This document shows, piece after piece, positions 37,862-50,700 of a stretch of DNA of 64,000 nucleotides. Each line of letters begins with the position of its first letter. The first letter of the stretch is position 1. Location of the stretch: NCBI RefSeq assembly GCF_021869535.1, contig NW_026262679.1:89838001-89902000 (forward strand), in the 5' to 3' direction. The translations under genes and the position numbers were made by a program. The notes beneath the pieces are model-generated. The model had not been told where the DNA came from and ran no database searches. It saw only the letters and a program-made list of their open reading frames with translations. This stretch comes from Mytilus californianus. Taxonomy: Eukaryota.

Positions 37862-38715
37862 AATTTACATCCACAGGGTCGATGCCACTGCTGGTTGATA
37901 TTTCATCCCCGAGCGTATCACCAGCCCAGTAGTCATCACTTCTGTGTTGACATAAATTATCATTGATATGGTTATAATTGACTGTTTACAAAACGTTGAA
38001 TTTTTCGAAATACTAAGGGTTTCCTACACCAGGAATAGATTATCTTAGCCGAATTAGACAAAACCTTTCGGAATTTAGGGTCCTCACTGCTCTGCATCCT
38101 CGTACTTTATTTGGCCTTTTTAAAGTTTTTGATTTGATCGTCACTGATGAATCTTTATTTCCGCCAACTTGGCAGCAATATATATACCAACTTCATCCGC
38201 ATATGGGATATACATTTCCCAACTCATTCGGTATTCAAGAGTTTGAAGCTGCTACTCAGAATTTGTAAAACGTCACCAGTGTCTGAGCAGAAAGTTGATG
38301 AAAACTTCATCGGAAGATACCAAGTCCTTGTTGATAAATATTCCTCACAAATAATACATGATGCTCTGGAAGTATAGATTCTAGGTACTGACGTTGTCAT
38401 CTCAATTACGTGTTATAATGTTCTTTTTGTTTGTTTTTGTATATTTTTAAACTTTACTGTTTGGTAATAAGGTCATAATTATAAATTAACTGTGAACAAA
38501 ACTTTGAAATTTTGAAATGCTAAGGATTTTCTACCCCAGGAATAAATTATCTAATCTGTATTGGTAATATTTTTCGGAATTTTAGGTCCTCAGTGCTATT
38601 CAATCTCGTACTTTATTTAACCTTTTTATTATTTTTATTTTCACGTCACTGATGAGTCTTTTATAGAAAAGAACGCGCTTTTGGTGTACATAAATCTAAT
38701 CCTTGTATTTGGTAA
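37862..38715 (+). mobile_element. Chimera: 355-bp retrozyme unit / family C Penelope-like RT 3' fragment / partial retrozyme unit
   Basis: 37862-38156 matches 63145-63440 up to gtcaCTGATGA. About 38160-38460 matches the reverse complement of ~27760-28105. 38471-38712 resumes the retrozyme and ends in a decayed hammerhead (CTGATGA at 38649). Confidence 0.75.
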
Positions 38716-39689
38716 ATGTATTACTACACTAATTGTATTATCAACTTCAAAAAGTTGTTGGTTGCTGGCGTCTTTGTTTGTACGTTTGTTTGGAATTTAT
38801 AAGTCAGTTATGCTGTATAAAAATTCATAATGTGTCTATACATTGCATCATGATCCCAATTATTGTCCCGTTAACCATTTATGACTGTTTAAAATATAAA
38901 CAATTGTCATACAAGTGGTAGTTTTATCTAGCTATAAAGCCATTTTTAATCCTGCTTTTTGTTTTCTTCGAAAAAAAATGTCTTATCGAGTCAAAAACAT
39001 GACATATGTTTTCCAGTCTTTCAGTTTGTTGAAATATTTTAGCGTTTAGTTTTGTTAGGCTTTATGGACTTCACCCTTTTTGAATATACCTTGGAGTTTC
39101 GTATTTTTGTTAACACATTTTATGGAAAGCAAATAAATACGATTACGAAAATCTTTAAATGCGATGAAATTTATGTATAGATTATTTATCTTCATGCAAA
39201 CAATTAAGTAGGTGCACATGGACATCATATGACATCTATCAAAATGTTCCCTCAAATGAACTTAACTGGTGCCGTCCAGTTAATTTTGTAAGAGCTTATT
39301 ATATATTACCTTGGGGTGCATCGATTAGGTGATTTGCAACACAAAGAACGTTTCTTTGTTTTTTTTGCTTTTAACCAAAAAAGGGCATTTTTTTATGCGC
39401 TTGCTTTATAATCATAAGTGCAACATTTAACAAGAAATTGTAGTTTTCATCATTCAGACTCAATAGAGTTCTCCAAATTATAAACATACCACGGAACACT
39501 TGTCAAAGTCATTTAACATGTTTTGATATATAGATAATCGTCAGCTGAAATTATTTGATATCACTGCTGTTTTGATAAACATTGGAGTAACAAATATTTT
39601 TGGGTCGACTATTCCATTTTGAAATTCGTAAAGCCTGTAGGTGTAGGCGGAGAGAATTTGATTGATTTGCCTTCCAAGAATTAATTACT

Positions 39690-39757
39690 GTACCAACCTA
39701 GATTCGAACCCAGAACCCCTGTCACAGTAAGGCACTGCTTTGCCAACTAAGCTATAA
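39690..39757 (-). mobile_element. tRNA-like SINE head or tRNA pseudogene
   Basis: Minus strand TAGCTTAGTTGGCAAAGC (A box, D-arm) and GGGTTCGAATC (B box). Anticodon and acceptor stems do not pair, so not a functional tRNA. Confidence 0.5.
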
Positions 39758-39849
39758 GAGTGCTATAGTTTGATTTTCTACACTTTTGTACAGACAGAAG
39801 CAAACGCTGAAATGAAAAATGTATCAAAGACGACATGCTTGTTATTTGG

Positions 39850-39889
39850 TACGCCTAGGTTTCGAACACTTTAGACTCATCAGTGGCGC
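39850..39889 (-). ncRNA. Decayed hammerhead relic related to the 355-bp family
   Basis: Minus strand gcgcca-CTGATGA-gtctaaagtgttc-GAAA-cctaggcgta. Stem II and the cleavage site are broken, so predicted inactive. Confidence 0.45.
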
Positions 39890-40067
39890 TTGAATGTGAA
39901 GTCATATAGCACGTGACCTATGCCATTAATAATTTGTAATGGAGCTGTTTTGTCGATTCGATTTAGACTTATATTAATATCATTTCATATTCATTCTGGT
40001 TAACTTTATAGATAATATTGATATTTACTGGGGTTATTGATATCTAAATCTGTCCAAACGTTTTATA

Positions 40068-43000
40068 ATGAGTGGACGAAATAGTCCTGCGCGGCATTAT
40101 CCAAATGATCCTATGCATGGGAACAAAAACAATATGTCAGCCAATTGAAGAATATGAGAATTTCTGTCAAGTCTACCTTGATGCTAACTTGATGCTAATG
40201 AGAGACTTTTCGTGGTGACAAACCAACACACTAACGAGAACAGCGGACCTTCACGTACAGAAGAACTGCTGAAGGAATCTACTTCCGCTCTAAAGTCGGC
40301 AAACGAAGCAATGTCGGCGATGCCTCAGCCTATCAAGCTACGTATGGAAACACCACCCCTCTCACTTCTACAAATGTTGAACAAACTTTCCACAGACAAG
40401 TAGACACTTCAAAATGGATTGTATTGGTGGAGGATTTATCGAAATTTGACTACGTGTCGACTTCCTTGCGCAAGCAAAGTTTAGAAGGTAAGGACATAAA
40501 CTTATCTTTATTACTTTATCTAAAGAACGAGATTCACCAGACACGCTCTGTCTTTTCTGAAGGGCTAACTGTAGAGTTATCGGCTCCTAGGGATCCTCTT
40601 CTAGTGAAAAGTTTGACACTTGTTAAGTTCAACAAGGCTTTCAGGAAATTAAGGAATATCATTTGTAAAGTGTACCCACAACGGTAAAATGAACTTGATT
40701 AATACGAGGCCGATTTTAGTAATATTGCCTATAACTACCGACCAAGATTTCATCGATATCACAAACTGTTTTTGGCTAATGCCGCCAATGCTATAATAGA
40801 ACATATTAACATCGCCATTAACTGAGGAAAGGTATACGATCGTCTTTTGCATTTTGTAATAAATGGTTTGCAAAGTAGAGAATGCGAACTCTGTGGAAAT
40901 TACGACCACACAACAAAGTTCTGCAATAAACAAGCATATCAAGAAACCCCTGTATGCGCCCTAAAACACGACAAACGCTCGTGTTGTAGATAAAATAAAA
41001 GATAGGAATTGGAGGTGTTTAGTTCAAGCAGAGGGTCATGATCTTTACAATGACTTTAATTATGGAACATGCAAATGGAAAGATTATAAATTTACAAATG
41101 CGTGTCTTAAGTGTAAAAAATAGGTCATGGCTTTAATCAACAATAACAAGGATACCAGTAATCAAAACAAAACTGCTGATAAGCTGAAAGTCAAAACAGA
41201 TAGGTGACTTGTAGTGAATGATGATTTTCCATTATCTCACATCAACGTAAATAACCTTGAGAAAGAATTAACAAATATCCAGATAGGCATTTTTGTTAAA
41301 TATTTATCAGACGGTATAAAAAACGGTTTTAATACCATGGTGTCGAAAACAGAATTACCAACAGTTGAATGTAAAAATCTACAATCAGATTTCTGAAATC
41401 CATACAGCGTTAATAGTGTAATCAAACAAGAGGTTGATAAATGTTAAATCATTTAAAAGGCTCCCTTTTGATAGGTATCATGTGAGCCCAATAGGTATAG
41501 TGGACGGCAAATTTTTGGAGAAAAACAGGCTAATAGTTGATTTGTCGTCTCCACATGAAAGTCGAGATTATTCAAGTATTAACGATTTAATCGATAAAGA
41601 TCAATGCTCGCATTGCCGATGTATTCAAACAACAAGGGATCAAAAGGGAGCAGCATCATTTATGCTGCATAAAATGGAGAAATTTATATTACTATTATGT
41701 GCGTCATTGTTTTGGCTCACGATCGTCACCTAAAATATTTATCAGTCGCAATTTGCTGGATAGCCAAGAACAATTACAATATTCCAGTTATACTTCATCT
41801 ACTTGATGATTTTTTAACTATTCAAGCATCTGACACTTCAGGAGACAGAACTATGACAATTATCATCTTAATTTCTAATAGATTGAATATACCATAATCC
41901 AAGAAAAAGACTGTAGGTTCACATACCACACTAGAATATCTAGGAATAATTTTAGACACAAATAAGATGGAAGCTAGACTTCTACAAGATAAAGTGGAAC
42001 GTCTTATTTATTTCATCGGAACATTTCTACGTCGACACTCTATTAAAAATCGAGAATTTTTACAACTCTTGGGACATTTCAATATGCTGCGAGAGTCATT
42101 TTACCTGAAAGGACTTTTGTAACATATCCCATAAACCTATCTACTAAGGTTAATAATCTTTATTACTATGTTTTACTATCAGCCGAATGTCGAGCCGATT
42201 TGAAGATGTGGCATATTTTTCTGAAACAGTGGCTTTGGGTGGTTACTTCAAGGGACATCGGTTTTGTAGTTCTTGTCCATCGGAATTATAATATATACTA
42301 GATTCTGATATGTCTATGGCTTTCCGGGAATTGTACCCAACCGCAGTGGCGGCAGTACTTTGGGGGCAATGATTGGACGAGGAAACGAAAAGTTATTGAT
42401 TGTGATAGTGAATCTACTGTTAACATTATAAACAAAGGGCGATCAAGGGTGCAAGTTATTATGACACTAATGCGTAAACTCACTTGGTTAGCTGCAATTA
42501 ACAATTTCACATTTTCAAGTAAGCATATCCCGGGTGTTAAAAATATGATTGCCGATGCACTTTCTCGATTTTATTTTCAGACGTTCAGGAAAGAATCTTC
42601 GGAAGCAAATGCACAAGTCACGATTTGTCCGCACTTCTCACTCGTAATGTGGAACTGACTAATACTTTAAGTTGTTTACTTAAAACTTCAATAGCACCCA
42701 AAACACGTACACAGTATGGGGGTGGGTATTCTGCCTATGACCCCTTCTCACGAATGACTGGAGTGATTTGGAGAAATTCAGACATGCTTCCGTTAACTGA
42801 AGAATCTCTAATTCACTTCGGTACGCATTAATTCAAAAACTTGCATTTGAAATGTTCTACAATTAAAATGCATTTATGTGGACGACGATGTGAATATATA
42901 GAGTTTAGGAAGCCTTCGATATTCAGCGACGGTTCTGATAAACTTGATCAACTCGATGCCTATATACGATACTAAATGATAGTAGTCAGTTTTTGAGGAA

Positions 43001-43800
43001 AGATTATTACACGCCGTATATAGACATTCTTTTGTAGGCAGCGCGTGTCACGGCATATTTTGGATTTCTTCGATGTTGTGAATTAACAGTATTATATTCT
43101 TTTGATTCAGAATGCAAGTGTGTATCGAAGATATTTGTTTTCAAAACGATAAAGTGACCTTTCATTTGAAAGCTTCCAATACAGACCCATTTCGTGAAAG
43201 TGTTGATATTCATTTATTTGCGTCTGGAATTTCGGATTCCCAAGTCTTATCTCTGGAACGTTACGAGGAATTTCGTAATGGAAAATTTAAAGAGGGTAAC
43301 AAACACGACGTTTTCTTTGTGTTTGAGAATAGAAAAGCCTTTACACGAAACCATTTCATTTCTTCTCTGAAAAAGATACTTTCTGTACTTGGATACAATT
43401 CAAACTTGTATAATGGTCATAGCTTTCGCATTGGAGCTAGTACCACAACACGTTATACTCGATATATCAGAACATCTTTGTCAACCATCAAACAAGTTCA
43501 ACAAGCATTAGCCGAGTGAAGATTTAGTTCTTAAATATTGTACCTAGGCATATATATTCGCATATGCTTGCATCGTGATTAATTATTGCGTTGGAGTGTT
43601 GGGGAATAATACATCCCGTACATGTATATAGTCTGATAATTCACACATGTCAGTTCATCGCCCTTTCGTGGTCAACGACAACATCATGTGCGTTTTTACT
43701 AAGTGTTTCAGGGGCATAATAATCCCCACTGTTAGTATCTGATATAGGTTCAAAGTGTATTTCGATAGTGTTGGGGCATAATAATCCCCATATTATGTAA
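40068..43800 (+). mobile_element. Decayed tyrosine-recombinase retrotransposon (Ngaro/DIRS-like): gag, RT, RNase H, YR
   Basis: Gag-like start MSGRNSPARH and a C-terminal Cys motif near 41045-41115. RT pieces YHVSPIGIV..RLIVDLSSPH..SINDLI and HLLDDF. RNase H HIPGVKNMIADALSRF. YR SIAPKTRTQY, FHLKASNTDPFR, YNGHSFRIGASTT. Many stops/frameshifts and an RT deletion. No methyltransferase domain seen. Confidence 0.88.
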
Positions 43801-45429
43801 AGATATGATAAATATTGAGGTATCATTGTCCTCATTGTGTCTACCTTGGTTATGTGTAAAAGTAATGGCTAAACATATATAATTTGTTAATTACCACAAT
43901 CAATGACGTAACATTTTCATTGAATGAGACGATGATTAAACATTTGAGATCATGTTATTCAGTAAACACTCAACCTGTGACTTAACATTTCAGGACATTT
44001 CAATTCGTATTGGCAGGAAGTTTCTAAGAATAGTTGAATTTACAATTGATAACTGTTTCAGTAATGAATTAAAATCAAAGTGGAGCTGCTTCTGTGATTT
44101 TTTTTAAACAGTTAGAAAGCCTTTCTTCTGTAAAATTGTGGTGAGGACGAATAATAGATATACATTCACTTCGTAAGATTAATATTCATAAACACTCAAC
44201 AAATCATTTCTTTATATATACTTTTTACAATGTCTTCTTTTTAACCAGTCCATATTTTCTAGCATGAATTAAAGTGAATGTCTGGTATACATCAGTAAGT
44301 CAATAAGCAATCGACCAGACTCCTAAAATGCTGGAATGGAGCAATTTAGAATGATTGACTCAGATTTGTGTCCCGTAAGTTTAATATATGTTTTGCGACA
44401 TCGGGGTAATTACATTGATATTATAAAATAGAAGCAAAAGATAACAAAGGAATATTCAAACTTAGAAGTCAAAACGTACTGACAATGCCATGGCAGTATA
44501 CATAACACAACATAGAAAACTATTAAAAACTTATTAGCACGATCCCCACCAATAAACCGAAGATGATCTCATATGCATGGCACCGTCGTGTTGCTCATGT
44601 AAGTTCTCTCTTTTTGTATATTTCGCCTCTCTCTTATATTTTGTGCTTTTAACATAGATTGACCAAAAATCCTGTCTGAACGTCAATAAGGTTTTTCCAT
44701 GTCGTGAGACATTTTAGAAATGTCTGGAGATTTAAAGTTGAAATCTCAATGTGTATGCAGGGAATTATATTTCTATATTTGGGTTTTGGGAGGGGGTTGT
44801 GGACTTTGATTTTAAAACTTATTGAACTGTTGATAAAATGAGTCATTAGTGTATTGTGTGATAGGGTGGCAAAAAATAAACCAGATAACGTTTCTAGCAA
44901 TCTACAAATAAGTCAAATATTGCCACAATTAATAATAGCTATATAGACTAATTATTGGAGTTATTAACCTGAAGAAACGTTATTCCTTTTTGTGTTTTGG
45001 ACACAACTACTGGAGAGAAACTGTCAACAGAAAAAAAAGGATCAGCAATACAAGATCAACAAAAGAGGATTTTGAAAAGAATGTTATTCTAGTCCACAAT
45101 GCTTGCGAGTGTTCAGTGTTGAAGATGCACAAATACCTAGGCGAACGACGCGTGTTCTTTGGTTAATTATTGCGAAAATTGGGACGGAATCCGTCAATTA
45201 AAATAAAATTTTTTTTTTTTTATAAATGTAGCATAGCCCGCACCATGTCATGAAATAGCAATAATAAATCTCGCTTTTTTGTCTATTGTTCAACTATGGC
45301 TATAATAAATGCACCCAAACATTTCTAAATGTACAGTATTCAGAAACATATTTGAATCGATAGTTTACGATGTAAAAATTTCCATACGTCTTGTCTACTT
45401 TTTATTAACCTGTATAGTATCAAGTTAAA

Positions 45430-45915
45430 TTAAGAATGAAACGGCAAATGTGTCAAAGAGACAACAACTCGACCAAAGAGCAGAAAACAGCCAAAGGCCA
45501 CTTATGGGTCTTCAACACAGAGAAAAATCTCGCACCCAGGAGCGGGTTTTCAGCTGGCCCCTAAACAAAATCTATACTAGTTCAGGGAAAATGGACGTGA
45601 CACTGAACTGCGAAACATAAATGAACAAAAATTACATACAAGACTAACAAAGGCAAGAGGTTCCTGACACGGGCAAAAAAGCGGCGGGGTTAAACAATCC
45701 TTCTCCTATACCTCTACCCAATGTAGAAACAAACACACAGCAATACGCACAGTAAAACCCAGTTTAAAAGAAGTCCGAGTCTGATGTTAGAAAAGATAAC
45801 AGAAGACACTAAGCAAAATCAAAATAATTCACATAAATTAACAAAGGACTACTAGCAGTTACTGACATGACAGCGCTAGACATCAATTACTCTGATTAAA
45901 AGATTATGTCTTCAT
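45430..45915. repeat. Interspersed repeat family D (probable retroelement 3' end)
   Basis: aaatgtgtcaaagagacaacaactcgacc...ggcggggttaaac...ctagcagttactgaca shares motifs with the family A tail. A short reverse piece lies at ~11000-11050. Confidence 0.5.
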
Positions 45916-47733
45916 CATATGAAGTGTCTTCCTGAATGTCGTTAACCACTGGTCATCTTGAAACTTCGAATAAAACCCAAAGTTTCCAAACGGTCAAACA
46001 TATTTTGCTATTTCTTAAAAATACCACTAGAATTATAACATCAGCATACATTTGTAGAGTAATTTACAAAATGCAAAATCTTAACATGTTCAGGAGAAAC
46101 TGGTGAATCGACCACATAACATTGTGGGCTACTACCAGTTATCTATTGGTTAAAAACAAAGTGCATGGGATTTTAAATTTTCATTTTGTATTGTTTCCCG
46201 GAATATCATTTGATTTTTTTTTGTTCACCTACTGTAATATATGTTATGTATATAGCATTAACATGGCAAGATTTAAAACTATTGTTCATCGGCTTCAGCA
46301 TTCATCTTTTTTTTCTTCTTACAGGAATAAGAAATAAATAATTTTGTCTATTGTTCTGCACTGTATCTGAGCATTGGTTTCACTTAAAATTCATAACTTA
46401 GTATACATTGAACAGTAAAACTCCTATGAGATCCTTAAAACTAGTTAAATCAATGGGTAACATGATACTATTGGCGTAAGGAATTTTCGTATCGTGTATG
46501 CTTATGTCCTTTCAAAACAGGTTTTTTTTTAATAATGCACAGCGAATATGGCACAGAAATTCTACTCAATATCAATAATATCAGGCTGCATGATATAAAA
46601 GACAGAACATGATATATCTGATTTGGTTGCGTTTACTTTATTTTACCTGGACATGCTGCAATTTAAGTTAATACATTAAAATAAGTCTTGTTCATTATTC
46701 TCAAGAATTCGTTGTATAAACAGATTGGGACACCTGTTTATTGTAAAAGCTTTTATGCTGTCATTTAGTTTTCGTTTGATTATGTTTCTTGTTCCGTTTC
46801 TGTCTCATTGATATATAAGTCACTCCTCTTTTAATTTCAAGTTTAAAACTTATTAATTGACAGCGTAACTTAATTCGTAAATGGCAAAAGAAAATGAAAA
46901 TAAACGGCAAATTGTTTTAGTTCGTGGCACTAAATCACTACGTGCAATCGAATAAAAAAGGAATAGAACAACTGCGCCATTGTTGCTGTTATTCATCTCA
47001 AAGTCACAGTTAGGCCTTTGTAAACATGTCGTGAATCTAGAAGTAAAAATAAACAAAAATTGCGCATAATTTATGAAATTATAATCCAATAAAATAATTG
47101 AATAATTACTGAGACAAAGGTTTTGAAATACAACATTAATCATGGAGTGTTCAATGCATGTGGTAACACCAAAAACATTTTCTGATCATATTTGAGTGTG
47201 TGTAGTATTTGGTTTTAGCTTATTAAGACAAAGACCCCTTTATGGAGTTTTATTGACTTTTGCAAGGACAGAAGTAGGTCAAATATCATTAAATCAAATC
47301 TGTTCCAAAATAAAAGATTTCTGAGTGGATTTTATAGATATTAGATATTCGCTTTCCTTATTTTACGAGATAACTGAAAAATTCGGGAGCCTCCCTTGAA
47401 ATGTGAATGCAGGTACAACTGATTATCTTTTGTGTGATTGCGTCGTTTGGTTGTTGTCTTGTGAACGAATGTCGGAAGCCGTTGTTTTTTATCCATAATA
47501 TTAGTGGTTGTGGTTTAAGTAAGTCAAACACTTTTTAAGCATAGCAATCTGGGCCCGGTTGTTCAAAAGTGTCGTTAAGCTAACGCAGTCGTTAAAGTGT
47601 CGTTAGAGAGTCGTTACATTTAACAAATTTGTTAACTGTTGTTCAAAAAATTTAACGACAAAAGTAATGTTAAAGAGTCGTTAACTTTAACAACTTCTGG
47701 TAGGTCGATTAAATATCTAAGTTATTGTTAAAT

Positions 47734-50700
47734 ATGGCCGCCTTCATGCAAGTACCTGTTCCACCTCACAGAAAAGAAAGGCATTTTCGCCTCAAAGATG
47801 ACCTTTCTTTGGATTTGTCAAATGAGGAATTAAGAGAAAGGTACAGATTTGGTAGAGAAGGAATTATGTTCATTTCCAACCTAGTTAGCAATGATGTATC
47901 AAGAAAAACAAAGAGAAACCATGCCCTAACTGTGCCACAGCAAGTCATGGTAACCATGAGATTTTTAGCCACAGGCAGTTTCTTGCAAGTAGTTGGAGAC
48001 ACAATAGGTAAGATTTCATTATATATTTATCATATGTCATTTAAAATTAAGTAAACATTGCCAATGTGGTGTTAATCGACTGCTATAATTATCTTTGGCT
48101 GATGTTTGAATGATACTTTCAATTTGTTGATTTTCTAAATAATATATAATCAAACGGTGAATACACATTTTATTTTTGTACTTTATTGATCTCCAAAATT
48201 GTATGTTGTTGTTTTGGGTCTGTTTACAGGTTTGCACAAGGGAACTGTCTCACGTATTGTGTCTGATGTTTTGAATTCATTATGTGACAAACGGGATGAG
48301 TTTATCAAGTGGCCGAGAAATGTTGATGAAACAAGAGGAGATTTTTACCGTCTAAGTGGTTTCCCAAATGTGCTAGGGGCAATAGATGGGACACACGTCT
48401 GTATCCAGGCTCCATCAGAAGATGAACCATCATTCGTGAATAGGAAAGGGGTACATTCTGTCAATGTGCAGCCTGTTTGTGATGCCAGAGGTAAAACATT
48501 TCTTTCTGATCTAATAGAGATTTCCAATAAAATGACATACGTACCTAACTCGACGTACGCACGTAACGGGACCGGTTATTACTAACCTATTAATTTTGTT
48601 AAATGCGTCATTCAAGTTTTAACTCATTATTCCTAAACTACAAAACACATTCAGGATAAATTTTATCAATATCAAGTATTTCTAATATGATGAAAAACGA
48701 AAGAAATCATTATTTTTATATATCACGTGATTATTGAGATTCCCGCCAAAACTTCACTGTCATAAGACCACGTATATACACGTATCTTTACCTATCATAC
48801 GATTGACTTGAGTTGTCTTTCATGGTTTTGACCATGACTTTGGTTTTTGATATACTTTGCAAATGAACCTTTTATTATTTAATATTTGACATGCTTTTAT
48901 TTGTCGTTATCAGATTGGTGTCCTTTTTTCCTTTCGTCCCTTAATGTTTTATAATATTTAATTTCCTTGGGTATTTATTATATGACAGAGATTTTTCTAG
49001 CAATTTCAGAAATATCGAATTGAAAGTGTTAGTCAGAATTTGTCTCTGTTAAAGTTGATAACTGGGATTGAATCATACTTTATTAAGCATCATTTCAAAC
49101 GATCTCTTCTTCTGCAGTTAATCTTGTTTATTTACAATCTCCGATTTTTTTCCCAAGGGAAAACGTTCGACAAAGGGATGTGTATATTTAAAAATAATTA
49201 ATACAGGTCTTGTACTTCTTTAAATTTTAATAGTTGACATACACTTTTCTTTCAAATAAAAGTCAACTAACATAAAAAAAAAAGAATTTTGTAATTAATA
49301 ATGATATATGTAAATAAATGTGTACACCAATTCGTTATATAGATTGTAATTTGGAAGGTGTACTTGATTAGCAATTGCTGACTAATCTGCATATAAACAT
49401 TGACCGCTGTGGATAGTAAAATATCAATTAATAATTCATAGTAATTGGCTAAAAAAATGTCCTGTCCCAGGTATCTCTGATTAAAAAAGGACGAGAATGC
49501 CAATTTATACACTTTTAAGACAACTATATTGCCACTTCAGTCTTTACAGTAATTTTCTTTTTAAAATGTACTTTTAATAAGTAAGGCTTGATATTGTCAT
49601 AGTTGTTTTTGGATTAAGACAACTCTTTCTAATCCAATTAGAAGTGGATTCTAACACTATCACATATTGATTGAGTTAAGCAAAAATTTTTAGTTTCAAT
49701 TGTTGTCTCGCATTAGAGGTATATATTTATATATAAAAGTTAAACTCTACGACATATCCATGCATATGATCACCATTGAAGGTGATACACGGCTGAAAAC
49801 ACATTTTATATCAATAATTACTTTGAATATGTATATATGTGTAAACCAAGCTCTCTGAAGGAAGGTTTTTACAGGTTGTTCTTATGTCGTGCTGTTGCAC
49901 CACTGTCCCAGGCTTAGGGGGTGGGGGTTGAGCACTCATTCTTTATGGCCTGTCTCATGTCAGGAGCCTGTGGTCCACTTGTTGTCGTTGGTTCATATCT
50001 GTTATATTTGTTTTTCGTAACTTGTTTTGTTTTAAATCAGGCCGGTAGTTTTCTCAATTGAATTGTTTCATATTTTTCAAGTTGGTTCCTTTTATAGTCG
50101 ACTATACGGTATGGATTTTTCTCCTTGATGAAGGCCGTACGGTTGCCTATCATTGCTTACATCAACTTCATTTCTTATTGGCAATCATACCATATCTCCT
50201 TATTTTTTTGGGGGTTCTTTTTAACTAAATCCGTTTAATATTCTCAGGTAATTTAACATTTAAGAATCAGCTTTCAGTACCTGGGGGTACTTTAAGATCG
50301 GTACTCTGTGTCTTTCATCATAAAAATGTAATTGTTTTGGGCTTAATTCAATATTGATTAGTTGAGCTAATTCCAACTGAATTTTACAGTTTTTTTTTTC
50401 TTATATTGTGCTGTTACACCAGAGTGTTGAGCGCTGGTAAACGCGTTTAATCAGGCCAAATTCTAGATAGGCTTTCCCAAGTCAGATGCTTTCAATTCAG
50501 TGTATGTCGTTGGTTACTTTCTGTCATTTTTGTGTTAATTTTACTCTTGTAAAAATGTTTATTTTCGTTTGAAAAGTTTACATTTTCAAAGTCAATGTCA
50601 TATATACTAGTATCTGATAATACGGTATGAGTATTTGCTTATTGTTGACGACAGCACGAGCCACTGTAGTCGTAATTCACACCATTTGGACTCTGTTTGA

